Positions 7,153 to 15,824 of a stretch of DNA of 52,561 nt are shown here, in pieces (positions within the stretch are counted from its first letter, which is position 1; the number at the start of each line of letters is the position of its first letter). The position numbers were made by a program, and so were the translations under genes. Location: positions 1 to 52,561 of IMG/VR virus record IMGVR_UViG_3300045738_001973. One strand, 5' to 3'. The stretch is from a virus. Taxonomy: Duplodnaviria > Caudoviricetes. The notes beneath the pieces are model-generated. The model was given only the letters and a program-made list of their open reading frames with translations. It did no database searches and was not told the DNA's origin.

Positions 7153-9803
7153 GCTTTGCGCTCCTTGTTTTCAAATATCCAGCAGCGCACAGATTTGCCG
7201 CTGCCGTTTTCGCCATGAATGGCCGAATTAACGGTTTTGTAGTCGAGGTATTTGTAGCGACGGCTGGCTTTTAGCAGGCGCTTTAGGTCGGCCAGCGGCG
7301 GTACTTGCTGGCGGTGGTCGGCAGCGATTTCTATGTAATGGTTTAGGTTAATGGCAATTTGGCCGGGGTCTTTGCTGTGATTTAGTTTTTGGTTAAATTC
7401 GTCGCCATTTAAGAAGTCGTACTGCTCCCAAAATTCTTGAACTATGGGGTGGTCGGCACTAATGGCCACTTGGCGCTCTGCGGCCATAGCCAAAAGCTCT
7501 AATTGGGTTGCCTTTATCTGCTCTTTGGTTATGGGTAATACCAGTTCCAAGGCGCTTACCAGCGCGCAGAGCAAACCGTGGTTTTTAGCGATACGCACAT
7601 TTTTAATGGCTTCTTGAGCCATTAGGCGTTTTTCAAATTCGGGGGTTTTATCGGCAATAAAGGCCAGAATCTCCTTTTCTTTTTTGGCGGCCTCCACAAT
7701 AAAACTGCTTACATGCTCAAGGGGCATGTGCTCCAGTTCATTAGCCAGCACCTTGCTTTCGTCGGTGTGGGCTGCGCGGGTAAAGCGCAGGTGCACTATG
7801 CGCTGCAGTACGGCTTCACTGGCTTGCACCGCGGCGTTTTGGCTAATGGCAATGGCGCCCCTAAATGGCGGTTCGTAGGTTTCGTTGCCGCCGTTTTTCA
7901 TACCACGGCTACGCACTGAGCGGCCGTTGTAGGCGGTCTTTAGTTCGTCCCAATCAAATTTTTTACCGTTGGCGGTGTCTTCGTCGCGGTCGCCCTCAAT
8001 AAGCACCACCGGCATATTGGAAACCTGCCCCATGTTGCGAGCGCGGGCGGCGGCGGTAGATTTACTGGGGTCGAAACCTTCATAGTCGCGGCGGCCCAGA
8101 AGCTTCCACAAAAATTCGATAAGGGTAGTTTTACCCGCACCCGGCTCGCCGATTACCTCAATAAACGGGAATGACTTTTGCGCATCGCGGATCTGCTCGG
8201 CAAACAGCGAACCAAACCAAAACGCCAATGCCACCACACCGCGCTCACCAAAACAGGTGTGAATGTGGTTTATCCAGTCGTTGCGGTAGTTGTCGGCGTC
8301 TTTGGCAATGGTGAGGTGCACAGACTGGCCTAAGCTCTTAATGGCCAGTTTGCCAGTGTCGAAATAGTCTTCATCATTTAGCGCATAGGTGCGGCCATCT
8401 TTAATGGCAATGTCGTTAAGCACGTACACGCCAAACTCTTTGCTGTAGCCAATGTAGTCGATGGTGTTAACGGTTTTAATGTTATAGAGCTGGTGGCGCG
8501 CTATGGCGTCTAAATGCTGGCTGGTGCCGGTGAACACGCTACCCGCTGCCACCGACAGCAGGCGCTTTTTAAATTCGCTGGCGCTCGAAAGCTGGCCGCC
8601 GGTAAAGGTGTTTTTAACCGCTGCACCGCTGTGCGGAAAGGTAATGCGGGCGTAATACCAGCTTTCGTCCGTTATCGTGTTGGCCTGAAAATACAAAAAC
8701 TGAAAATAGCAGTTGGCAATTTCGATAATGCTGCCTGATTGCTTTAGCGCTTCGTCGCGGCGCTCTTTGTAGGTCATGCCCTCGGCTTCTAATAAGGTTT
8801 GGTAGGCCTTTTCGTATTTGTCTAAATTAAGGCTGAACCAATACAGGCGGTTTTTATATTCAAAATTAAATTCACGGCGGTTGGTTTTGTTGTAAATCAG
8901 CAATGACTTTTCGCTGGCGCTCTCGGCAATTAACAAGCTGCCGTGGTAGCGGTATTGCTCAAAATCTTTGTCGGTTAAACGGCCCTGCATGTGCAGGTCA
9001 TTCCAGTCGTTTTTGTATTTACCGCTCTGTTTGATGGTAACGGCAGCCGATTTTAAGCCCGCCTCTTTGGCGCGCTCGTGGTGCTTTATGGTCCATTTTC
9101 GGCCTGCGGTGTCGCCGTCTAGGCCCCACACCCAATTCACATTCTTAGCGTTGTGCTCGTCAAAAAATTTGGCTGGGTAGTTGGTACAGCCCAGTAGCGC
9201 GGCCGATTTATAGCCGTTTAAATAAAGGGCAATGGCATCAAGTATGCCCTCTACCAGAATTACCTCGTCGCCCGCCTCGACATCAACACCAGGGGGAAAC
9301 CACGCAAGGCCTTTGTAGTCGCCATTAAAATGGGCTTTGCGTTTTTTCTTTTCGCCGTTGTCGTTAATCCATAGCTCTTCTACAAAACGGTCGAAGTAAA
9401 CGCCGGGGGCGATCATAAACCGCACGGTGGCGGTGCCCGAGGCGCCAATACACTGTTGGCTCCACCAGCGGTCTTGCTCATACCAGCCAGCAATACGGGC
9501 AATATCAAAGCCCCGCGCCTGCATTAAGTAGGCGTCTGCCGTGGCCTTGGGGTTTGTATCGGTGGGCTGGTAACGCTCGTTGAATTTTTCAAAGGCGTCG
9601 GGGTAAAGCTCTTTTACGCTCTCTGACCAGGCACAGTTATTTTCACGCCCGCAGCGCACTACCCACGGTGATTCGGCTTTAGTGTACAGCTCTTTTTTAT
9701 TGCAGCTGGGGCAGCGCCCAGCCCGCAGCCAGCCCCCGCGCTCTTTAAAGTCAAAGTCGCGCAGCAGCCGGTTGGTTATGTCTTTATGTACTGCAGGAAT
9801 CAT
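7149..9803 (-). CDS. P4-alpha-like primase-helicase (Zn finger, Toprim, P-loop)
   Basis: CPSC..CGR..NC, VEGILDA, DGD and GEPGAGKT motifs. Confidence 0.88.
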   Translation of the reverse strand: MIPAVHKDITNRLLRDFDFKERGGWLRAGRCPSCNKKELYTKAESPWVVRCGRENNCAWSESVKELYPDAFEKFNERYQPTDTNPKATADAYLMQARGFDIARIAGWYEQDRWWSQQCIGASGTATVRFMIAPGVYFDRFVEELWINDNGEKKKRKAHFNGDYKGLAWFPPGVDVEAGDEVILVEGILDAIALYLNGYKSAALLGCTNYPAKFFDEHNAKNVNWVWGLDGDTAGRKWTIKHHERAKEAGLKSAAVTIKQSGKYKNDWNDLHMQGRLTDKDFEQYRYHGSLLIAESASEKSLLIYNKTNRREFNFEYKNRLYWFSLNLDKYEKAYQTLLEAEGMTYKERRDEALKQSGSIIEIANCYFQFLYFQANTITDESWYYARITFPHSGAAVKNTFTGGQLSSASEFKKRLLSVAAGSVFTGTSQHLDAIARHQLYNIKTVNTIDYIGYSKEFGVYVLNDIAIKDGRTYALNDEDYFDTGKLAIKSLGQSVHLTIAKDADNYRNDWINHIHTCFGERGVVALAFWFGSLFAEQIRDAQKSFPFIEVIGEPGAGKTTLIEFLWKLLGRRDYEGFDPSKSTAAARARNMGQVSNMPVVLIEGDRDEDTANGKKFDWDELKTAYNGRSVRSRGMKNGGNETYEPPFRGAIAISQNAAVQASEAVLQRIVHLRFTRAAHTDESKVLANELEHMPLEHVSSFIVEAAKKEKEILAFIADKTPEFEKRLMAQEAIKNVRIAKNHGLLCALVSALELVLPITKEQIKATQLELLAMAAERQVAISADHPIVQEFWEQYDFLNGDEFNQKLNHSKDPGQIAINLNHYIEIAADHRQQVPPLADLKRLLKASRRYKYLDYKTVNSAIHGENGSGKSVRCWIFENKERKA

Positions 9804-9813
9804 GGCGAGGCCT

Positions 9814-10143
9814 TTACAGATCGAGGTTGCGTTGAATTTGGTTGGCGCTGGCGCTTATCGATCTGGCGGCCAGATTAAAACTCTCAAAGGCGTCGCTAAT
9901 TTCATTGTTAAAGGTTTCTAGGCGGCGCAAGGCGGCGTGAATCCCTTTTTCCATGGTCTCGACCGTTTCTTTAATCTCGCAGGCTTCATAATTGATGTCG
10001 CTTTGGTCGATATCTGCGGGGGTTTCTTCAATTTCTTCTAGCACTGCGAGCACCGCCAAATGCGCGGGGCTATATGGCTCGGTAATCCACAAATGGCGCT
10101 CTAATTCGTCTGGGGTTAGGTTGCGTAACATTGCCTGATTCAT
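9814..10143 (-). CDS. Hypothetical coiled-coil protein
   Basis: RBS GAGG; lies in the operon. Confidence 0.6.
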   Translation of the reverse strand: MNQAMLRNLTPDELERHLWITEPYSPAHLAVLAVLEEIEETPADIDQSDINYEACEIKETVETMEKGIHAALRRLETFNNEISDAFESFNLAARSISASANQIQRNLDL

Positions 10144-10186
10144 GGTGGTGACCTCTAAAATTTTTTAATAATCCGGTTTAAGTCTG

Positions 10187-11233
10187 TTACAGCCGCATGG
10201 GTTGAATAATGTGCACAACGTCGTCGCCGCTAATAAACACTTGCTGGTTGAGGCCGCCGCTGTTTATCCATGTGAATGGCCCGCTCATGGCCGCGCACAA
10301 ATCAGCAAGGTAGGCGATGTTTAAGCCCACTTCAGGCCATTCCATGTTGATGCTGGCCGCGGCTTCGTCGGTGATTTCGTCGTTGGGGGCAATAAATAAG
10401 GTGTCTTTATTGGCAGTGACTTTTATGGCGCCAGCTTGGGTAACAAAGCTTTTTAAGCGCTGTAGCGATGGGGTGAGGTGTTCAGGCGTAATGGCGGCCT
10501 CGGCAGCACCTTGGGGCACGGTTAATAAGCGGCGGTAGTCTGGGTATTTGCCATCGACCAAGGTCGATCTAAACCGGCCCGTTGCGGTGTTAACTTGTAT
10601 AGCGCCCTCGCTGCCGACCACGGTTGCGCCGTCTTCTTTTAGCGCAGCGATTAATAATTTAATGCTGTCGGTGGGAATAATCATGGGCGGCATGTCGGCT
10701 TTAATGGTGGCGCAAGCCATGCGGTGGCCGTCGGTTGCTACTACGTCGCCCTCATTAAAATGCACTCCATTTAAATAGTATCTAACATCCATTTTGCCGC
10801 AGGCGTACTGCACGTGCTCCATGGCTTGGGCCAGTGCTCTTGGGTCGACTGCCAGCGGCGTTGGCTTGTCCATAGCACCGCAGTTTGGGTAATCGCTGGC
10901 CGCCAGCGACGGCACCACAAAGCGGCGGCGCTGTTGGCTTACCGTGGCTTTTTCGCGGTCTGCCAGCTTAATCACCACCGGCCCTACAAGCCCCATAATG
11001 GCCGCCTTTAATTTTCCAGCGTGGCAGGTAATGGCGCCCTCTTCGTCTACCCGCTCTACAGCAATAATCACCTCTAATTCGCGGGAACCGTCGCTGCTCA
11101 CAATGCTAAGCACGGGCGGGTTAGCGGTGGCCGTTAACAGTACGTGTTCAAATATATTTAAGGTGCTGCGGCGCTCGGCCAAGTTGTTTTTTAGGGCGGC
11201 AGCTAGCCCCTGTGCGTTCACAGTAATGTTCAT
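10187..11233 (-). CDS. dnaN: DNA polymerase III beta-clamp homolog
   Basis: DVRYYLNGV, VATDGHRMA, GKYPDYRR and C-terminal QPMRL. Confidence 0.9.
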   Translation of the reverse strand: MNITVNAQGLAAALKNNLAERRSTLNIFEHVLLTATANPPVLSIVSSDGSRELEVIIAVERVDEEGAITCHAGKLKAAIMGLVGPVVIKLADREKATVSQQRRRFVVPSLAASDYPNCGAMDKPTPLAVDPRALAQAMEHVQYACGKMDVRYYLNGVHFNEGDVVATDGHRMACATIKADMPPMIIPTDSIKLLIAALKEDGATVVGSEGAIQVNTATGRFRSTLVDGKYPDYRRLLTVPQGAAEAAITPEHLTPSLQRLKSFVTQAGAIKVTANKDTLFIAPNDEITDEAAASINMEWPEVGLNIAYLADLCAAMSGPFTWINSGGLNQQVFISGDDVVHIIQPMRL

Positions 11234-11242
11234 GGTGGGCCC

Positions 11243-11587
11243 TTATTTAAGTGAGAAAAAATCGGTGACGGCGTGCAAAATTTGGTCTGCCGACACAATA
11301 ATTTCGCGGTGGTCTTTGGTGCGCAAGGTGACGTGGTAAGCACTGGCGTTGCTAATGTCTAACCAAACATCACCGCTGTGGCTGGCTTGCGCTAATGCCA
11401 ATGCCGCCTCGCGCTGGGCGCGGTCTTGGCCAATATCAAAGGTGAGCATTAAATGGGTTGCGCAGCGGGTTTTAAGTGCCTCTGTGCCTTGCTCGTGGCT
11501 TAAATGCTCTGCGCGGTGGCGCAGCATATACACCAGCGCGGCATTGCTTACGGTGGTTTCGGGGTTAATCGGCAGTACATTGCTCAT
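11243..11587 (-). CDS. Hypothetical phage protein
   Basis: RBS GAGGTG; lies in the operon. Confidence 0.6.
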   Translation of the reverse strand: MSNVLPINPETTVSNAALVYMLRHRAEHLSHEQGTEALKTRCATHLMLTFDIGQDRAQREAALALAQASHSGDVWLDISNASAYHVTLRTKDHREIIVSADQILHAVTDFFSLK

Positions 11588-11615
11588 ACATCACCTCGCG
11601 GTTGGTTGTTTTAAA

Positions 11616-11876
11616 CTAGCTGTGCACAACGGCTAAATGGCCGCTTTGCGTAATGGCTGGGCTGCTTTCTGGGTAGACGCTTTGCTGCAAAGCTAAATAA
11701 TCTTCGCGCCAGTCTTCTGCCCATGCTTCGGCTTGGTCAGCCCGCATTTGCAGTTCTTTATTTTCGGTTTGCAGCGCGTCTATTTGGGCGCTAAGGCGCG
11801 CTAATTCGGCCTGCAACTGAGGCACCGCGCACAAATCAAATTTGTTTTTTAATCGCTTTAAAATGTCCATATTCAA
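11616..11876 (-). CDS. Hypothetical coiled-coil protein
   Basis: ORF in the operon; start uncertain. Confidence 0.55.
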   Translation of the reverse strand: MNMDILKRLKNKFDLCAVPQLQAELARLSAQIDALQTENKELQMRADQAEAWAEDWREDYLALQQSVYPESSPAITQSGHLAVVHS

Positions 11877-11899
11877 TGCCCCAGTAAGATGATTAAAAA

Positions 11900-12127
11900 T
11901 TAGTTATCGTTTGAAAAAAGGCCCTTGGTAAACGGCAAATTCACGCTGGGGTCTGGCGTGGCAGACTCAGACAGCGTGCGCACTGCAGACAAATAGGCCA
12001 CCCATGTGTGGCCACAGTGCGGGTTTTTACAGATCAGTTTTAACTCGCGGGTGGTGCGGGTCATTTGCTCGCTGTCGCGAATGTATGACTCGCACAAGCA
12101 ATGGGGGCATGGCACTAGGCGGCTCAT
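11900..12127 (-). CDS. ogr: Ogr/Delta-like zinc-finger late-gene activator
   Basis: CPHC..IRDS..C.NPHCGHTW.A. Confidence 0.88.
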   Translation of the reverse strand: MSRLVPCPHCLCESYIRDSEQMTRTTRELKLICKNPHCGHTWVAYLSAVRTLSESATPDPSVNLPFTKGLFSNDN

Positions 12128-12720
12128 TGGGCACCGCCTTCGCGTAAGGCTTTTACGTGGCTTAGGGCACTGGCGGTGGCGCCTAGGGCCTCGGTTAGTT
12201 CCCGCTCGGCGCGGTCTAGCTCGCCGGGGTCAATGCCATCTAGCAAGGCCGCAAGGCTTTTGGTGGCCTCGGCTTGCTCTTGTACTAAATGCTCAAAGGC
12301 CAGCAAGGTTTGCCCGGCATCTATTTTTAAGGCCACTTGTACGCTGGCGTTAGCGTAAACATCGTTTAAATACTGCAAGCGCATATCGGCAGGCATAGAG
12401 GCCACAATGGCTTGCTCTACATACCAAAGTTTGTCTGGTGCGGGTTTAACCTCTTCGTAGGCGCCCAACCAGCGCCACAGCTTTTGGGCGTGGGCCCGCA
12501 TGTCGCCGCAAAGGTCGTCGCTGTGGGAAAACTCCACCCCTGTGCCTGCCAAAAATTCTTGCATGGCCAGCTCGTTAAATTTTTCTACTACTATCTCGGC
12601 CACAATTTGGCGGTTGTGGCGCGGCATACCAGACCAGCGATCTAAGTAACGGCGAATCAGTGCAAGGCGGTTTTGTGTGGTGGTCATTTGTTGTTTTATC
12701 CCCTGTGACTTCGGTTTCAT
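12124..12720 (-). CDS. Phage regulatory protein (CII-position)
   Basis: Directly downstream of the cro-like gene; helical C-terminus. Confidence 0.5.
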   Translation of the reverse strand: MKPKSQGIKQQMTTTQNRLALIRRYLDRWSGMPRHNRQIVAEIVVEKFNELAMQEFLAGTGVEFSHSDDLCGDMRAHAQKLWRWLGAYEEVKPAPDKLWYVEQAIVASMPADMRLQYLNDVYANASVQVALKIDAGQTLLAFEHLVQEQAEATKSLAALLDGIDPGELDRAERELTEALGATASALSHVKALREGGAQ

Positions 12721-12745
12721 GACGGCTTACCCAAATAGCCGCACA

Positions 12746-13009
12746 CTAGGCGCCATGTTCTGAAAAAAACTTATTGAGGCCCGCAAGGGTTGGTGGATCG
12801 CTAAGCACGCGCGCTATGGCTTCGTTATAGGCCGCAACCAATTTGGGGCAGTGTTCTATAGGCACCGAACCACGGCGCCGCCAATTATCAACAGACTGGG
12901 TATTGGCGAGATTTGCAGCCAGGGCTACACCGCTACGACCCAAAATAGAAATGACTTTTTCTATATCGTTAGTGGCTTCCGAATTGGAGCAAGGCTTTTG
13001 CTGTGTCAT
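12746..13009 (-). CDS. Cro-like HTH regulator
   Basis: ALAANL..QSVDNWRRRGSVP; divergent from the repressor. Confidence 0.75.
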   Translation of the reverse strand: MTQQKPCSNSEATNDIEKVISILGRSGVALAANLANTQSVDNWRRRGSVPIEHCPKLVAAYNEAIARVLSDPPTLAGLNKFFSEHGA

Positions 13010-13130
13010 CTTTAAATATTCACTTTGTTTGTTTTGACGAACATATAGTTACGTGACAGCAAACAGAAAAGCAAACAAAATATTACTTTTAGCAAACAAT
13101 TTTTAGCTCACTACAAATCGGACTACAGCC
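13010..13130. promoter_or_regulatory. Immunity switch region with repeated operator-like motif
   Basis: AGCAAACA at 13058, 13070 and 13091, plus inverted TGTTTG at 13026, between divergent HTH genes. Confidence 0.55.
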
Positions 13131-13886
13131 ATGATTAGCGAAGAGATCACACGGATCGAAGAGCGGCTTAAGGATTTGGGTTTAACGAAAACGGAATTTG
13201 CAATAGCGCTAGGCGCGCCAGAAGACAATGCCAGCTCCTACTACAACAACTGGCGCCATAGAGACTTACCAAAATCACGACTAAGTGCCGCGGCAGATTT
13301 TTTAAATACCACCATTGAATGGATTACTAGGGGCGAGCGCAAACTAAGTGTGGCTACCGACAGCTGCCCACGGCAAGAAATTGCTATTGAATACACCCGA
13401 CGAATACACGCCGACGGCGGTATTACTGCCTGCGTCACCGTCAATGACCGAAACTTTTTTATTGTTGGCATGCACGAAGACATGGTGCAAGTCACCCTGT
13501 CTATTGTCACCGTGGCGGGCGGCATAAAAGCGGCGGCTATTAAAGAAATGATCGAGCTCGGCGTACTGTCTAGGCGCATCAAGTTAAGCGCTAACGAATA
13601 TGATCGGTTTATCCGGGGCATGGTGTCGATCGATGATTTGTTTAAGGGCGGCCGTGAAAGTTACTGGGGCCGTATAGAAATAATCACCCACGACAGTATT
13701 TACACGCCAGAAGTGAGGGACAGAGGCGGTAATTACGTAGAGCTGCCCAGCCAAATAGGGGTGATATTAGAGCTGTTTAAAACCCAGCAAATCGATTTAG
13801 ACGACTTAATAACCTTAGAACAAATTGCCTGTCGGCTGGCGGCTAAAGCGGATTACATTGCGGCCAAAAATTTAATTTCAAAGTAA
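13131..13886 (+). CDS. CI-like repressor (N-terminal XRE HTH, unrecognised C-terminal domain)
   Basis: GLTKTEFAIALG..NNW..AADFLNTTIEWITRG. Confidence 0.75.
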   Translation: MISEEITRIEERLKDLGLTKTEFAIALGAPEDNASSYYNNWRHRDLPKSRLSAAADFLNTTIEWITRGERKLSVATDSCPRQEIAIEYTRRIHADGGITACVTVNDRNFFIVGMHEDMVQVTLSIVTVAGGIKAAAIKEMIELGVLSRRIKLSANEYDRFIRGMVSIDDLFKGGRESYWGRIEIITHDSIYTPEVRDRGGNYVELPSQIGVILELFKTQQIDLDDLITLEQIACRLAAKADYIAAKNLISK

Positions 13887-13894
13887 ATTTTCGC

Positions 13895-13982
13895 TTGCAA
13901 TAACACTCAATGAGTGTATTATAGGAACTGTAGACAGCAATACCGCTGCTACGAAATCACGAATAGATAGGTGATAAAATGA
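13895..13982 (+). promoter_or_regulatory. Promoter/operator/leader copy 1
   Basis: TTGCAA-16-TATTAT with the palindrome ACACTCA-A-TGAGTGT (13903-13917) in the spacer; RBS AGGTG. Confidence 0.8.
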
Positions 13983-14260
13983 CTACTTACACAATCCCAC
14001 AAAAAATGTCTGGCACTGGCTCAATCCACGACATCGCCAGCGACATGCAAGACCGCGAAATCAAGTTTGGCAAAGGTTGCAAATACGCAGTGGTGCTGTC
14101 CAGCTACTACGGCGGCAAAGGCTACACCACCCACCAAACTGCCGAAGCGGCTGCCCGCGCAAGCCGTAAAAATAAAGACTATTCCCACGCCATTATCGAC
14201 ACAGATGGCAACCGGTACACCACTGACTATGACAATCAGCTGGTAAAGATTACCGAATAA
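13979..14260 (+). CDS. Small protein, anti-CRISPR candidate (93 aa)
   Basis: First gene after the operator-bearing promoter and directly upstream of the Aca-like HTH. The function is inferred from context only. Confidence 0.6.
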   Translation: MTTYTIPQKMSGTGSIHDIASDMQDREIKFGKGCKYAVVLSSYYGGKGYTTHQTAEAAARASRKNKDYSHAIIDTDGNRYTTDYDNQLVKITE

Positions 14261-14290
14261 ACCACCCCGCCGCCCACTAGGGCGGCAACC
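14260..14290 (+). repeat. 31-bp hairpin repeat copy 1
   Basis: GCCGCCC-ACTA-GGGCGGC; 29/31 identical to 14813-14843. Confidence 0.85.
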
Positions 14291-14302
14291 ACCGAGACCA
14301 CT

Positions 14303-14521
14303 ATGATCACCCAACCCACACCCGAACAAATCAAAGCCGCGCGCACTGCTGCTGGCGACTCGCAGGCCCAGGCGGCTGAGCGTATTTATGCGCCCAGCTA
14401 CCGCACTTGGCAAAATTGGGAGAAAGACGGCGCAGGGTCGCGCGCCATGCCGCTGGCCGCGTGGGAATTGTATTTAATCAAGACAGATCAAACCGATAAA
14501 ATTATTTTTCAAAAAGATTAA
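14303..14521 (+). CDS. Small HTH protein, Aca-like repressor
   Basis: TPEQIKAAR..SQAQAAERI..RTWQNWE..MP..WEL, a pattern resembling Aca3-type HTHs. Confidence 0.75.
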   Translation: MITQPTPEQIKAARTAAGDSQAQAAERIYAPSYRTWQNWEKDGAGSRAMPLAAWELYLIKTDQTDKIIFQKD

Positions 14522-14529
14522 GAAAGGGC

Positions 14530-14618
14530 TTGTTTTTACACTCAATGAGTGTATTATTGGAACTGTAGACAGCAATACCGCTGCTACGAAAATCACGAAT
14601 AGATAGGTGATAAAATGA
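14530..14618 (+). promoter_or_regulatory. Promoter/operator/leader copy 2
   Basis: 14538-14618 equals 13903-13982 except for one substitution and one indel. Confidence 0.8.
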
Positions 14619-14776
14619 AAATTGAAAAAATGTACATGAACATCGAGACCGGATCAGTTGATACCCGTGACGGCTGGGACTACGAGAACGAATCTGGCGA
14701 GACTGTGAACGCGGTTGATCTTGGCGAAGTTGTCGAGGTTAAAAAGGACGACAAAGGCGAGTGGGTCGAAGCATGA
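14615..14776 (+). CDS. 53-aa acidic protein, anti-CRISPR candidate (not in ORF track)
   Basis: MKIEKMYMNIETGSVDTRDGWDYENESGETVNAVDLGEVVEVKKDDKGEWVEA*; same RBS and ATG context as 13979. Confidence 0.7.
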   Translation: MKIEKMYMNIETGSVDTRDGWDYENESGETVNAVDLGEVVEVKKDDKGEWVEA

Positions 14777-14812
14777 CCCCAAGCGATAAATTCGAAGGCG
14801 TTTCACACCACT

Positions 14813-14843
14813 AACCACCTCGCCGCCCACCAGGGCGGCAACC
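14813..14843 (+). repeat. 31-bp hairpin repeat copy 2
   Basis: GCCGCCC-ACCA-GGGCGGC. Confidence 0.85.
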
Positions 14844-14865
14844 CTCCTCACCCAAGGCCACCAAC

Positions 14866-15813
14866 ATGCAGCCCACCGAGCACCTACACGCCCTAGGCCG
14901 TCGCTACCCCAGCGCATGGCAGCAGATTAACGATCTGCGCCGGGATAGGGGCAAAGACATACCAGACTGGCCAGCGTGGTGTTTTTTGCCGATGGGCGGG
15001 TTTTACGCGATTGTCAGTGCGCAGCATCAAACACAGCAGCTTGGTTTGCAGCAGATCCCCGACGTGTCGGCGCTGGCCGCACTGGGTACGTGGCGTTATA
15101 GCCAAGGTATTTACCGCTTTGATTCGCAAGCGCAGCAGGCGCTGGCGAGCACATTACTGCACGGCGAGATGCCGACGGACGTTTTGCTACGCCTGCCGGA
15201 GTGGTGTTTGTACATCGAGACGCCGGATCAGCAGTGGTTTGGCCAGCCGCTGCACGGCTTTTGGTGTCATTTAGAGAGCGACGCTAACACGCAGCGCCGT
15301 GAGTTACGCTTTTTGCTTAACCATGGCGACAGCCTCAGCCCGCAAATTTTGCACTTGGGCGGCTGGACAGTGACCGAGGCAGTAGATAGATACATAAGCG
15401 AGGCAAAACGCCAAGGCCGCGCCGCCGGCATAACGCTACCCGCCGACGCCAGCGAGGCCGTGGAGCACATCAGCGCGCAAATACAGCCGCTACTCGCGAT
15501 GATTTTGTACTTGTGCAGCGACGAGCCAGAGATTACAGACCGCGAGCACCCCGAGCAAAGGCCAAGCCGCCCACGCCCAACACGCACAAAAAAAGGTTGG
15601 AAGCTCTTTGCGCCAAAAGCCCCAAAAATTTGGCAAGTAGGCGAGCAACTCGGCGAGGCGCTGCGCAAAGACCACGGCGCAGACCCCACCGGACGCAGGG
15701 TAAAACCACACCTACGCCGCGCCCACTGGCACGGCTTTTGGAGCGGCCCCCGCGACGGCGAGCGGCGGTTTGGGTATAAATGGCTGCCGCCGACGGTGGT
15801 AGCCGCAGACTAG
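14866..15813 (+). CDS. acrVA2: AcrVA2-family anti-CRISPR protein
   Basis: WRYSQGIYRFD, LPEWCLYI, GFW, LYLCSDEPEI and PHLRRAHWHGFW match the AcrVA2 motifs in order; similar length. Confidence 0.85.
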   Translation: MQPTEHLHALGRRYPSAWQQINDLRRDRGKDIPDWPAWCFLPMGGFYAIVSAQHQTQQLGLQQIPDVSALAALGTWRYSQGIYRFDSQAQQALASTLLHGEMPTDVLLRLPEWCLYIETPDQQWFGQPLHGFWCHLESDANTQRRELRFLLNHGDSLSPQILHLGGWTVTEAVDRYISEAKRQGRAAGITLPADASEAVEHISAQIQPLLAMILYLCSDEPEITDREHPEQRPSRPRPTRTKKGWKLFAPKAPKIWQVGEQLGEALRKDHGADPTGRRVKPHLRRAHWHGFWSGPRDGERRFGYKWLPPTVVAAD

Positions 15814-15824
15814 ATTTTTAATTA

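Noticed and set aside
13903-14843. CRISPR array or mini-array from the repeated sequences
   Set aside because: There are only two copies of each repeat, separated by whole genes rather than spacers.
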